A stretch of 64,000 nucleotides of DNA from the NCBI GenBank assembly GCA_009859145.1, contig VRVR01000031.1, positions 1-64,000 on the forward strand, given 5' to 3'. The position numbers and the translations under genes are program-made. A model generated the notes under the pieces. The model did not search any database. It saw only the letters and a program-made list of their open reading frames with translations, and was not told the origin of the DNA. Each line of letters starts with the position of its first letter. Positions within the stretch are counted from its first letter, which is position 1. The stretch is from Andalucia godoyi And28 (taxonomy: Eukaryota; Protista; Jakobida). Positions 10,791-21,600 of the stretch are shown here, in pieces.

Positions 10791-12779
10791 ATGAGTTCGT
10801 CCGATCCAAATGACAAGATTCAGGAGCTGCTGAAGCAATTCGAGCAGTTGAAGCAGGCAAAGGAGGCTGCTGAAGCAGTCGCTGAACACGCTTTGAAGGC
10901 GAAGGAGATTGCTGAAGCAGTCGCTGAGCATGAACGGAAGGCGAAGGAAATTGCTGAAGCAGCCGTTGATCGTGAGAGACAAGAGAAAGAGGCGGAGCAT
11001 CAAAGAAGACTTGCTGCCGAAGAAGTTGCTGAGAAATCGCAACAACAAGCGAAAAAGTCCCAAGAAGCAGAAAAAGTATCCGATATCAAGTATTTCCTCT
11101 CCAAGTTGTCGCAGGATTTGCTGGCTTTGGGATCGTCGTCGCGCAGCCACACCACCAATTTGTATGCCACGGATGCTTCGTTTGACGATCTTTTCCCCTC
11201 CATTTCTTCAAAAATCCCCTTCTGGGAGGATTTCCAGGCAATGTGGAACGAGACAGTGGGAACGCTGCCTCTCGACTCATGCCCTGAGCCGCTCCTGCAA
11301 GACCAGCTCCGGTTGTTCATCACGAGATTCCTCTCCAAACACGGTGACATGCATGTGGTGGACTTCTCGCGGAGTGGTCTCTATGGACAGAGGCAACGAG
11401 TGGACTTGCTGCTTTACATCGGCCGTCTGGCGGTGCGGCGGCCCATGTATCATGGAGTGAGTCTCGTTGTGGAACTCAAGGCGTTCGATCAACACGACGG
11501 CACTGAAAAGTCGAAGCTCTCCGAGGCTATCTTGCAAGTGTACCAGCGATTTGCGCACATTGTTCAGGAGTCTGGCATTTCTCGACGTGTGTGTTGGGGC
11601 TTTGCGTGCAACCGGAATTTCATTGTCTTCATTTGTTTGCGCATTTTCGATTCCGAGTCTGGATGGGACTACGAACTGCTGGAAACTGAGCCCATTGCAC
11701 TTCACGAGGACGGTATGAAGGGGCTTTGCTTCTTGCTGGCCAGTGATCCGCATGCTTTGTGTGGGTGGAATGGCGCACCGCCTCCAGTTGTGTCTGCCTT
11801 TTCCTCTGGAATCGTGCGCTCACTCTCTGTTTCATCGAGACTGGAATTGACAGGAATGCTGCAGCGTGCACCGGTCCATGGAATCGGGAAAATGGATGCT
11901 GTGGAGCTGGCAACCGCGACTCTTGATTCAACAACCTCCGTCGTTGTCAAGTGCTTTCCGGCATCGAAGCAAGCGGAATGGACCACCGAACTGGGTGCAC
12001 TGCAGGAGCTTTCCCGAATCGACTGGGGCCACCATCGCTTCTGGGTGCCGACTCTCTTGCATTCCGAACAGTCCGATCATGGAGCAATTCTGTGCACAGC
12101 CCCTGTAGGAGTACCGTTGCCGCTTGCATCGTGTTACCCGGACCGCTCTCTCGTTTTCTGCACGAAACTTTTGCAGCAGTTGACCAGCATCATACTGCAA
12201 TGCAGTGAGCATGGCATCCACCACATGGATATTTGTCCGCAAAACATCGTGTTACTAGAGGAGGTGCAAAGCGACTTTCCGTTTCCCATCTGCTTGATCG
12301 ACTGGGGTGGTGCATCGTTTATCCAGAAACACGACAAGAAAGAGTTTCACTACCACGCCGCCTTCTCGCCCGACTGGCTGGACCTCGTGCGTTCTCTGAC
12401 GGATCTGACGGATGGCGAGCGACTCCAAGTGTGTCTGCAACAGGCTGTGCTCACCGCATTGTACCTTGCCATCGGCGATGTTCTCTCGTGGCTGCCGCCA
12501 GTGGCCATTTTCCTAAAGGAGTCGACCCATCGAGAAAAGCACACCCGGCTGCACAACAAAGATGCATTGTTTCGAATCCGGTCGCGTATTCTGAACGATG
12601 TGCTGAATCCATCTCTTCCGATCCAAGCGCTGGACACGGAGGAGCGGCGACCTCTGCGTTCCTTTTTGCAAAGACTGCATCGTGAGTTTCCCGGTTTGTT
12701 TGAATTAAAGAAACGGAGCAGCGCGAGTGAACGGTTGGTTAGTCGCATGCGAGACTTCTTTGAAACTGCGTCTGGGTGA
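10791..12779 (+). CDS. Coiled-coil + PD-(D/E)xK restriction-endonuclease-like domain + FunK1/Crinkler-type kinase
   Basis: N-terminal repeats AEAVAEHxxKAKEI. REase pattern RVDLLL...VVELKA...AILQVYQR. Kinase pattern VVVKCF, CTAPVG, HHMDICPQNI, LIDWGGA. Confidence 0.72.
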   Translation: MSSSDPNDKIQELLKQFEQLKQAKEAAEAVAEHALKAKEIAEAVAEHERKAKEIAEAAVDRERQEKEAEHQRRLAAEEVAEKSQQQAKKSQEAEKVSDIKYFLSKLSQDLLALGSSSRSHTTNLYATDASFDDLFPSISSKIPFWEDFQAMWNETVGTLPLDSCPEPLLQDQLRLFITRFLSKHGDMHVVDFSRSGLYGQRQRVDLLLYIGRLAVRRPMYHGVSLVVELKAFDQHDGTEKSKLSEAILQVYQRFAHIVQESGISRRVCWGFACNRNFIVFICLRIFDSESGWDYELLETEPIALHEDGMKGLCFLLASDPHALCGWNGAPPPVVSAFSSGIVRSLSVSSRLELTGMLQRAPVHGIGKMDAVELATATLDSTTSVVVKCFPASKQAEWTTELGALQELSRIDWGHHRFWVPTLLHSEQSDHGAILCTAPVGVPLPLASCYPDRSLVFCTKLLQQLTSIILQCSEHGIHHMDICPQNIVLLEEVQSDFPFPICLIDWGGASFIQKHDKKEFHYHAAFSPDWLDLVRSLTDLTDGERLQVCLQQAVLTALYLAIGDVLSWLPPVAIFLKESTHREKHTRLHNKDALFRIRSRILNDVLNPSLPIQALDTEERRPLRSFLQRLHREFPGLFELKKRSSASERLVSRMRDFFETASG

Positions 12780-12905
12780 AAACAATCGGGCTTGCACGAT
12801 GAGAGCGAAGACCGGGAATTCATTTCCACCGGGATCTCGAATTGTTGACGAGTATTTTTATTTCACTGCGGAAGTGACAGTGAACATCATCATGCTACTG
12901 GAGAT

Positions 12906-13595
12906 TTGTGTGATGCCAGCTTGCAGAAAGATCATCTCGGCAAATGCAAGGTTGCCGTCATCTGCCTTGCACAGACATTCTCTGCCCCTTCCTCATCGGT
13001 GAGAGATCGCTGGCCTGCTACATTCATGAACGCCAAGAGGAACAACAGATCGGGATCAGACTCCATTGTTGTGTTTTTTACGATGCGGGCGCTTGAAGAA
13101 ATGGGTCCTGAAATGGCCTCTGGCTTGGAGCATCCCGCGTTGGCAGCGTTTTGCAAGAAATTTTACGCCGACCTGAACGCGTTGATCGAGCAGGACGGAA
13201 TCCATTTTGCATTCATTGCCGAAGGATGGGCTGGAGCGCTGCTCAAGGCTGCCTTGTCGGAAAACGAAGCACTAATGGACCGAACAGCAGCCGTGTTCTT
13301 TTTCCAAGATGCGCTGCAAAGGATGGCTGCGGAAGCCAAAGTTGACGCCAAGTTCAAAACAGCGATTCTTCACAGATGCGAAACGCGTGAGATTTTCCCT
13401 TTTCATATATATTCCTACGTTGATGGCAACGACTCATCGCAGTCAACTCCTCTTGAAGCAGGAAGTGCGTCTGCAGATCTCATTCAGGAGGTTGAGACAA
13501 CAATGTCCTTGCCCTCCCCTTACAAGTCTCTGATGAGGATCGAGTCTTTCCGTCTTGAATTGCAGACCGAGTTGGGCAGAATTTTAAAGCCCTAG
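12906..13595 (+). CDS. Degenerate SesB/SERAC1-like alpha/beta-hydrolase; start uncertain, probably catalytically dead
   Basis: The frame is open upstream to 12849 (RVFLFHCG). It then shows RDRWP and FAFIAEGWAGALLKAAL...RTAAVFFF, which parallels IIFxxHSxGGLxxKxAL...TxGxxF but lacks the nucleophile Ser. No clear ATG. Confidence 0.35.
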   Translation: MCDASLQKDHLGKCKVAVICLAQTFSAPSSSVRDRWPATFMNAKRNNRSGSDSIVVFFTMRALEEMGPEMASGLEHPALAAFCKKFYADLNALIEQDGIHFAFIAEGWAGALLKAALSENEALMDRTAAVFFFQDALQRMAAEAKVDAKFKTAILHRCETREIFPFHIYSYVDGNDSSQSTPLEAGSASADLIQEVETTMSLPSPYKSLMRIESFRLELQTELGRILKP

Positions 13596-14075
13596 TTTGA
13601 TCTGGGTTGATTGGATGTAGGATATGGTTCTGGATTTTGATTCAATTTCACGTTGTCTTCCATCTTCTGATTCTGGTCCTTCTGGTCTGGTTGCTCTCGA
13701 AAGTCGAGACGTCTTGGGTCAAGCTATTTCAGCAATCGGTCTATCAGGAGCGATTCCATGTGGGCCAGAATCAACATGGGATTGCATTCCTGCAGATCAT
13801 GTGATCACGAGACGAACCTTTCTTGGAGGGGCCACAACTTCTCTCACTGCTCAGTTTATCCTCCTTTCATTGAAGCTGCCTACTGTGTACAAATGATTTC
13901 GCCGGCTGCCTATTGCCTTTGTAACCGACATCCGTATCAAACGGTGATTCTTCCCTTTTGCGCTCCGAGCTTGCCACGTGCGCTCACCACTGTCGGCTGC
14001 TGTGCTGGGTTGTCGGACACTGTTTCGAGAAGTTCGGGAAGCCGCCGACACTATATCGGAATCCAGAAGCGATTG

Positions 14076-15479
14076 TCACAGGAATGAACCCTGATGTCCT
14101 ATGAGGGTCAGTCCGAGCGTGAGCAGCAGTCCTCCGCCAAACTTTTGGAGAAACACAATGTCGACGGCGATTCCCCATCCTTCGATTCCGCCGCCCTGCG
14201 CGATCGATTGCAAGAACGCTGCCATTCCTCCCGTCCGGTCGAGGAGACAAACGACGCGGAGGTGCAATCTTGCAAAACGCCGGATTTGCGATGTGACCAA
14301 GGCACATATGCACAAGGTGAACAGCGACTCCAGGACAAACGCAAGATCGCCGATTAAGATCGTCTTGCCGGCCTCTAAAGAATCCTCGGTAATGAGGCGG
14401 TCCAGAACAAGACTTGTAAAGGCAACGACCATGACGATCGTCGACTTGACTACAACCCATCCCATCAAGATGTTCTCTGCCCGCCATTTCACTTGCACAT
14501 ATTCGAAGCACTCGAGGAACCGGTAGATGGAACCATCCGGCACCGTTACAACGGTAGCATCACCTTGAATCGACGATCTAATCTCTTCATAAATATTTTG
14601 TTGATTGGCTGTGGCTGTGGCTGTGGCTGTGGCTCTGGCTGTGGCTCTGGCTGTACCGCTCGTGTTCTTGGGAACGCCATAAAACCGGGCCGCATATTCG
14701 AGTACAGTGTAGTTGCGATGCGAGAACCGTCTTTTCAGAATCCAGAGTCGCGTGCACACGACCGAAAAGATCAGTGGCGTCAGAATGGCCCAACAGGAAT
14801 CATACGCAAAGCCAGAACCCATGTAAGATGCATCATCGCGTTTCCACTCTGGCCACGTGAGATACAGCACAGCAGCAATCACTCCGGCTCGTATAACGGA
14901 ATGAACGAAGAAGAATAGGAAGAATATACGCGTGAAGCGATCGGTTCCATTGGGTTTGGCCTCTGGTCCGCCACCGTTTCCGGTCTCTTCGTCACGAAAA
15001 CACGGTTTGGGGAGACCAAATGAGAGCAAATCGTGAAACGAAAATCGTTTGCTTTTGCGCTCCTCCCTGCGCCACGCGCGGTGCCGTTTCAAAAAGTAGA
15101 AAAAGTAGAAGAACAGGCAAACAAGATCCAGAACCAGCAGCAGAATGTCCAGGGCTTCGAAACCCACGACAATCGCAGACATTACGAAATCGAAAATGAT
15201 GGCAAATAAGGTAACGAACACGAGAGCATAGAGGAGAGGTATGCCAAACGTGCGAAAGAATCCAGTCTTTTCCGGAGCCGCGGGGTCGACGTTTGGAGGC
15301 GCGGGGTCGACTTTTGGAGCCGTGGGGTTGACGATTGGAGCCGCGGGGCTCAGGTCAGATGCAGACGACCCGTACGGAGCTTGTTGTGGCGAATTCTGCC
15401 CAGATTCTTGAGACAACAATGACTGGCCCTCCGACACACAGTCGTCTTCCGACTCTTGCTTCTTCGGTGACCCGCTCAT
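14076..15479 (-). CDS. Seven-transmembrane protein resembling the gustatory-receptor-like / DUF3537 (7TMIC) channel superfamily
   Basis: Six hydrophobic segments plus a split seventh, with a long loop between TM4 and TM5 and no signal peptide. The C-terminus FLQSIAQGGGIEGWGIAVDIVFLQKF..LLLTLGL parallels the GRL/DUF3537 TM7 pattern (YL....GITxFGFxLDxxxL). Confidence 0.6.
   Translation of the reverse strand: MSGSPKKQESEDDCVSEGQSLLSQESGQNSPQQAPYGSSASDLSPAAPIVNPTAPKVDPAPPNVDPAAPEKTGFFRTFGIPLLYALVFVTLFAIIFDFVMSAIVVGFEALDILLLVLDLVCLFFYFFYFLKRHRAWRREERKSKRFSFHDLLSFGLPKPCFRDEETGNGGGPEAKPNGTDRFTRIFFLFFFVHSVIRAGVIAAVLYLTWPEWKRDDASYMGSGFAYDSCWAILTPLIFSVVCTRLWILKRRFSHRNYTVLEYAARFYGVPKNTSGTARATARATATATATANQQNIYEEIRSSIQGDATVVTVPDGSIYRFLECFEYVQVKWRAENILMGWVVVKSTIVMVVAFTSLVLDRLITEDSLEAGKTILIGDLAFVLESLFTLCICALVTSQIRRFARLHLRVVCLLDRTGGMAAFLQSIAQGGGIEGWGIAVDIVFLQKFGGGLLLTLGLTLIGHQGSFL
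14607..14654 (+). repeat. (GGCTGT/GGCTCT)8 hexamer microsatellite encoding the ARAT/ATAT run in the 7TM protein's large loop
   Basis: Eight contiguous 6-bp units read directly from the sequence. Confidence 0.9.
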
Positions 15480-16252
15480 TGCCAGTCGTCAGAGTCAAAT
15501 GCTGAAGAAATAGAACGCTTGGTGTTGGACTTTGAAAAAAAAAATATTGTTGCGCAGAACACCGAGCAACTGGCAACTTGGCATTCGCGCCGAATCTCCG
15601 CACATCCCGGCTCTTTGGAAAACCGTCCGCTCTGCTCGCAACACTGCCCGCAGAATATCATGCTTGATGGACACATCCTCTGTGACGTCGGACTGGGGTC
15701 GTCGGGCGAGATGTCTCTTGTCGTCATGATTCGCGACAAGCTGATACATTCTTCGGAACCTGGGGTATATAGCTTTGGACCTTGGAAGACCAGACGTCAA
15801 ACATATCCAGAGGATTGCCGTCGACGCTCACGTTCCTCTGAATTTCCATCGGTGACCACTCAGTTCCGATGCAAGCAGGAAAAGCCTCTGAAAAGGGAAA
15901 GACGAATTTGTGTCCCACTGGCCGCTGCCAAGCTCTGACGATTTGATCCGACAAATCAGCACTTTGCACGATCAGAGCGGTAGGACTTGGCATGAATCTC
16001 CACTCACCAAAAAAATTCTTTGGGCGAAAATTCGATAAAAAGCCAACGACGCACGGATACTGGCGGAAGGTCGATCTTTCGAATGCCATTTTGTTCGCGA
16101 AGGTCTTTGAACGTCACCTAAGCCACAAGCCGGATCCGCCCCGGTGTGTCGCATTGTTTGAGAAGATCGTCTCTTCTTTTTTTTGTTTTTTGAAAGTGTT
16201 CGCTGTTTTTTTGTTGTTCGTTTGCGAATTGAGGTCTATTAAGCCCAAAAAA

Positions 16253-17485
16253 ATGCTCAGCCGCTTTCTTGCGTGTACGTGCTTCCTGGCGCAGGTCGGT
16301 GCTCTGGTTTGGTGCGCCACACCGCAATATGGGGTTGTGTTGTCGACAGGCTTTGAATCCTTTTTTGGATACCATTTGGTGCGTCTCAACTCCATTGATT
16401 TAGTGTCCGATTTCTGCAGTGGAATTCTTTCGACGACGACCTACACTTCTGACAAGGTTGTGGCGATGCCGCCAACCACTGAACAGCAAGCGCTGATCTT
16501 GGCCTGTTACATTGAAGCTCTAGCACCCGTGCGAGACCCGATCACGAACGTGAGCAGCTACCGCAGCGGAATCGACGTACAACTGGACATACCAGTGTTG
16601 GAAGGAAATCTGCAGCCTTTAACCGACTTTTTGGTTTCGAAGTTGGCATACGTGAAGGGCGTGACGCTTGTCCATGACTATCGGGATGATCTTTTTTCTT
16701 GTGTCGATCCATCCCGGATTGCTTCTTTCCAAGCGAATGTCGAAAAAGCTGCCAGCGCTTCGCTGTCGGGAAAAGCGATTGTCATTGCAGTGTGTGGAGG
16801 TTCCATTTGCACATCCACCATGCTGCAGCTCGTCGACAGTGGCTGGAAACAAAAGTACGTTCACCGTTTCGTATCCGTAATTGCCCCTCTTGGAGGAGCT
16901 CCGTCACCTGTCATTCAACTTCTGCAAACCAAATCCTCCATGCAAGGTCTATTTTCTGGGTTCTTTTCCCTGTTTGGAAGTATCGACAGCATTGTATCCA
17001 TGTCCTTGCTGAATCCTCTGGTGTTTCCGGCGTATGGAGTGTACTACTTTGACAATGGCCAGAGCTACGGGTCTCAGAATTACTGCGACCTGTTCGGCGA
17101 TATCCTCGATCTTCCTGAGCTCTCGGCAGTTTGCGAAGCCATGTATCATCTTCGTGTATCCTCCTTGTCATGGAACCCAGACGTGCCGGTGACAGCAATT
17201 TGGACTGTCCTCACCGATGCTTCCACCAGTAGTCCACTGATGGCCACCGACTATGCTCCGTACTTCGTTTCCCGCGATTTCAAAACAATCATCAGCTCCA
17301 AGGTGATTGGAGACAACTGGATTTCTCTGATTCCAGCAAGTCTTGTTTCTCGCTGGATTGCCGAAGGAGTTGACGGTGATGTCCACATTCTGGAAGGATC
17401 CAATGCGGGACAGTACCAACATGGATATGGTGTTCTGACAATCAGCGACGTTCAGGAGATTCTCAGCCAGGTTCTCACTTCGTAG
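16253..17485 (+). CDS. Secreted LCAT / lysosomal phospholipase A2-like alpha/beta-hydrolase with Cys at the nucleophile position
   Basis: Signal peptide MLSRFLACTCFLAQVGA. HDYR corresponds to YDWR. IVIAVCGGS...WKQKYVHRFVSVIAPLGGA corresponds to VLVAHSMG...WKDKYI..FVSLGAPWGG. GDNWI supplies the Asp and QHGYGVL the His. Confidence 0.8.
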   Translation: MLSRFLACTCFLAQVGALVWCATPQYGVVLSTGFESFFGYHLVRLNSIDLVSDFCSGILSTTTYTSDKVVAMPPTTEQQALILACYIEALAPVRDPITNVSSYRSGIDVQLDIPVLEGNLQPLTDFLVSKLAYVKGVTLVHDYRDDLFSCVDPSRIASFQANVEKAASASLSGKAIVIAVCGGSICTSTMLQLVDSGWKQKYVHRFVSVIAPLGGAPSPVIQLLQTKSSMQGLFSGFFSLFGSIDSIVSMSLLNPLVFPAYGVYYFDNGQSYGSQNYCDLFGDILDLPELSAVCEAMYHLRVSSLSWNPDVPVTAIWTVLTDASTSSPLMATDYAPYFVSRDFKTIISSKVIGDNWISLIPASLVSRWIAEGVDGDVHILEGSNAGQYQHGYGVLTISDVQEILSQVLTS

Positions 17486-17688
17486 CACAATCGCACGATT
17501 TCAGTAGTAAACACTCTTCTCCATACGGAATCTTGGATGAAATGGTGGAAACATCCACGGGTTGATTGCTCTTGGACGGAGCTGCATTGGCATGGATTTA
17601 TACGGTGTAATAACTGCACGGGGAACATGACATGGGAGACGTGGAGATACTCCTTTCCTTTTACCCTGTTCGAGGGCGTAACGTTGGG

Positions 17689-18570
17689 CTAGAACTGCGG
17701 CAGGGTCCAGCACAGCGACTCGCAGACAATCGTCAGATTGGGGCCGCTGCTCGAGGATTGCAAGGTCCATTGGCCGCCATCAGTGGTCAGGCGGCAGGTG
17801 AAATCAAACCCGGTGCCTTGGTACGCGGCCATGCGGGATGCCGACAAGACGCAGAATTTGGAATTGATAGCTCCAAGTTCTCTTGATTCTCCGGTGGTTG
17901 CCGCTTGCCAAAACTCGGCAGGCGCGCCAAGTACGGTGGAGAACCACCTTGTGAGCACGGCGTCGTTGGCCAGCAAAGAAGCAATGTCGTGCGCATTGCC
18001 CGCGATTGCACTCTGAAGCGTAGAAACGTTCGACGACAGCACCTGCACAGCGTCAACCAGCTGCTGGACCACGCCATTGATGCTCACCCAGTCTTCATAC
18101 TCGACACACTGTGTGCAGTTGGACGCGGGGTCGCAGAGCGGAAGGCACTTCTCGCAGTACTCTCCTGCCCAGTATCCGCGGGCATCGGAGGCATAGCATA
18201 CGCAGGGCATGTCCAGGAGAGCGCCGATCACCTGGAACACGCCGTTTCCATTACATGCGCGAGAAGAATCAGAGCCCCAACGATAAAGCAACGACGGCAC
18301 TGAACGGAGTGGATCGTGTGCCGTGTTCCAGGTGAACGAGGAGCAAACAAGACGGAATATGTGATGGACGAGCGGCTGACGTACAGGTCTACTGGAACCT
18401 GGAGCTCGGAGAGCGACCAGCTGATCCCCAGTATGATTGGTGGGAGCTGTTCGCACGAGCAGAACATCATGAGCAGCACAGCAGCTGATCTCCTCCCGCA
18501 GCTTGCTGCGATTCTTTTCATGTCTGCTGTCTCCCATGTTGAACGTCGCTGCATCAATTCCAATTTCCAA
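17689..18570 (-). CDS. EGF/laminin-EGF-like domain + coiled coil + Cys-containing C-terminal domain; true 5' end unresolved
   Basis: CNGNG...CVC...WAGEYCEKC..CDPASNCTQC, followed by the heptad stretch VQQLVDAVQVLSSNVSTLQSAI. The N-terminal ~100 codons look non-coding or intronic. Confidence 0.55.
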   Translation of the reverse strand: MEIGIDAATFNMGDSRHEKNRSKLREEISCCAAHDVLLVRTAPTNHTGDQLVALRAPGSSRPVRQPLVHHIFRLVCSSFTWNTAHDPLRSVPSLLYRWGSDSSRACNGNGVFQVIGALLDMPCVCYASDARGYWAGEYCEKCLPLCDPASNCTQCVEYEDWVSINGVVQQLVDAVQVLSSNVSTLQSAIAGNAHDIASLLANDAVLTRWFSTVLGAPAEFWQAATTGESRELGAINSKFCVLSASRMAAYQGTGFDFTCRLTTDGGQWTLQSSSSGPNLTIVCESLCWTLPQF

Positions 18571-18697
18571 CTCTCAGGTATTCGCAGCCGCCGCAATTAC
18601 CAAAGGTCATATTGATCAGTATCCAGATGCATCCATTGCTCATTGTGAAACGTGCCGACATCATCATACGCTGGGCCATCGGAGCATCGACCGGTCT

Positions 18698-21600
18698 TCA
18701 GAAGAAACGAAAGACGTGCATTGCGCTGCTGAGAATGGAGTCTGGTGGGATCCAAATGAGAAACGGGCAGAGGATGATGATCATGATTCTTGCAAGGCCT
18801 CCGATATCACCAGTCGGATGCATGTACAGATTGGAGTGTACGGTGTTGACTACGACGTCGGCAGAGTAGTTAATGACCTCGTCGATTGTAGCAAACTGGA
18901 GGGAAGTCGTTTCGTGCCAATGCTGGCTGTAACACACCGCAGAAGCATTTGCAATGAAAGAAAAGAGCATCAGATAGGGCCCCACAACAGGAATGACAAC
19001 CAGCAACGGAGCACAGTAGCCACCAAACAGATCGACAAGATCCGCCTTTGGAACACCGCGAATGGCAGTGAGGTGTGAGGCTGCAAGTTTCAGGCACAGC
19101 CACACGACAAACCGATCAAAGAGGCAACGGAGCTTCGTAAACCAGCTTGGATTTCTGTTTTCAATCTCACAGATTCTGTCATCGGCCCTGTGGAACTCGA
19201 CACAAATTGAAGTGTACAAGAATCGGTAGAACAACGAAATGGCCTCTTCGAGGAAGTTCCACAGTTCTTGCACAGTTCTTGCATCAACATCATCACGGCC
19301 TGATTTTTCCAGAAATCGATTCATTCGATCCAAAAACTGTGTGAAATCATTGCGGAACTGAACAGCAGCAGGAGATTCACTCTCAGAAACTTGAATCATG
19401 GAGACAAACAAACTTTCAATGAGCAAGACGATTTTCTCAACGTTGGAAGCTCGCGAATCTTGAATGTCATGCATCCGTCGCATATCCGTCACAGCCTCGC
19501 TCGGAACAGTCGACGGCATTATCAGCGGAGAGGTCTCACTCGGTGCCGATCTCTTCTTGGAAGCTTTAGAGGGGCCGTAATTCCTCGGATCGATGGGCTG
19601 GGCAGATGTGTCGACTTCTGGGATGAGTCGTGCTTCTGATTCGCTGAAAGACAATCCGCAAATCCGTCTTAGAATGTGATAGGGCAGCCAGACATAAATG
19701 GAATACAATGTCCGAAGAAACGTCGGCTGCGTTCCCAGTGGGACTAGGATGAGCGACAGACCATGCATCGACAGCATACACAAAAACAAAGGTCCTAAAA
19801 TCAAGATAAAGAACACAAGATACGCAATGAATGAAGGGTTGTAGAATTGGAAGGGTGCCACCCCAGCGAGAACCGCGAACTTGAAGATAGATCCGGTGAC
19901 CAACAACGAGAAGAAGCGGAAAATAACAAAGGGAATGCCTCTGGTGAAGTGCACAAAGATCGAATTGGAAGGTTTGCTCTTCAAGAGAAAGAGTTTCAGA
20001 GCCACATACGGAATGACAACATTGTACGCAATCAAGAAGACAAAAACAGTCATGAAAAAAACGAACGGAGACACGGCCTGATTGGCCGCAGGAATCGGAG
20101 ACACAAACGACGAATAGATTTGGCTGAATTGATGGTGCCAGTCTGGCAGTACCGCATACCGACCAACATTGGACGCAAACGACATTGCAATACCTGCGAC
20201 AGACACACCGACCAAAACAATGGATGGTATCGATCCTATCCCAAAGCCAATGAGAACACCAACCTTCCGCCTCTCCCATACCAAGACAATCGTTGACCCG
20301 ATGATGAACGACAAAATAATCATCCAAGAAAACACTTTTGCAGGAGTCATCTGGTCAGAAAAGTCTCGGCCGCTGTCTTGGATTCCGCACAGAGGGGCGT
20401 CGAGGCCCGGCAACATGTAGTTCCAATCTGACGGAAGAGCATCCGCAGAAGGAAGCCATGCACTCGTGACTGTCAAGCAAACCTTGGCATCAACATCAAA
20501 GATGCAATCCAATCCGCGGCCTTGAGGCTGCCACGCGAGACAGTGTGCACATTCGTGATCGAATCCTGCACAGGGGCAGTTTCCGCGATCAAAAACATTT
20601 GGACCTTGGAAGATGAAACGTGGAACACACGAACTGACTACTTCGAATGACGACGCACGCTTCGCCAGATCCGAATCGCGGTACCAGACACATCCAGCAT
20701 CGTAGGACGACGAAGCATTGGACGCATTTTGGTTGGTCACAAACGACAGCGTGCAAGACTCGCAGGTCGTGAAAATGCTGCATGAATTCGTTGGGCACAG
20801 GGGCAGTGCTCGATCCGCGCGGATACTCGGATCCATCGGCAGTACTCCCAACGGAGCAGCCGCATCCACGACACCAGGAATACAACCACCCAGAGACAAG
20901 GACATGGACAGTGTGGGGTCGTGCCACAGACAAATGCTAAAAAGATGATCTACAGAAATCAGTCCTCGACCGTCTGGAGAAACAGCCATGATCGGTTGGT
21001 GCGACCGGTCCATACACTGAATACACGGCGGCGCTTGCTGGGACGTTGTTGAATTGGAGCTGTCCCCTGGAGCTCCCGAAGTGATAATCAACGTGCCATT
21101 ATCAAGAAGTACGTCCAAAGAACAATTTCTCGGACAGACTGGAAAGCTTCGTGCGCCAATGCGGTTCGAAAAGACAACATTCCCTTGTGCGTCTACCGGC
21201 TCACAAGTGCCATTTACAACGCCGCGGTTGCTCTTATCCGGAACGTAAGCGCATCCGCTCAGAGAAGCAGAGGAATTGAATGGAACCGAAACACAACGAG
21301 TGCAGGCCAGCGAATTGGACGCTGGAAGAGACTGGCAGGAGAAAGGGCAAAATGGGTAGTAACGACGGACGTCACCTGGACCAGCAAAGATCGCCTGTGC
21401 GTTTGCATCAGTCGGAACGCAGTGGGGCTTCACCGTGTCATTGCTGAACGTAATGACCGCACACCCTGACAAATGCCGCACTTCATCAAAAGGATTGCCC
21501 AAGCAAGAAGAGCACGAAAACGATGAGCAATTTCTCGGACAAAAGTCCACAAGTCGATCAGGAAGAGGTCCTGTAATGAAAACGGGTTGACGATCTGCAT

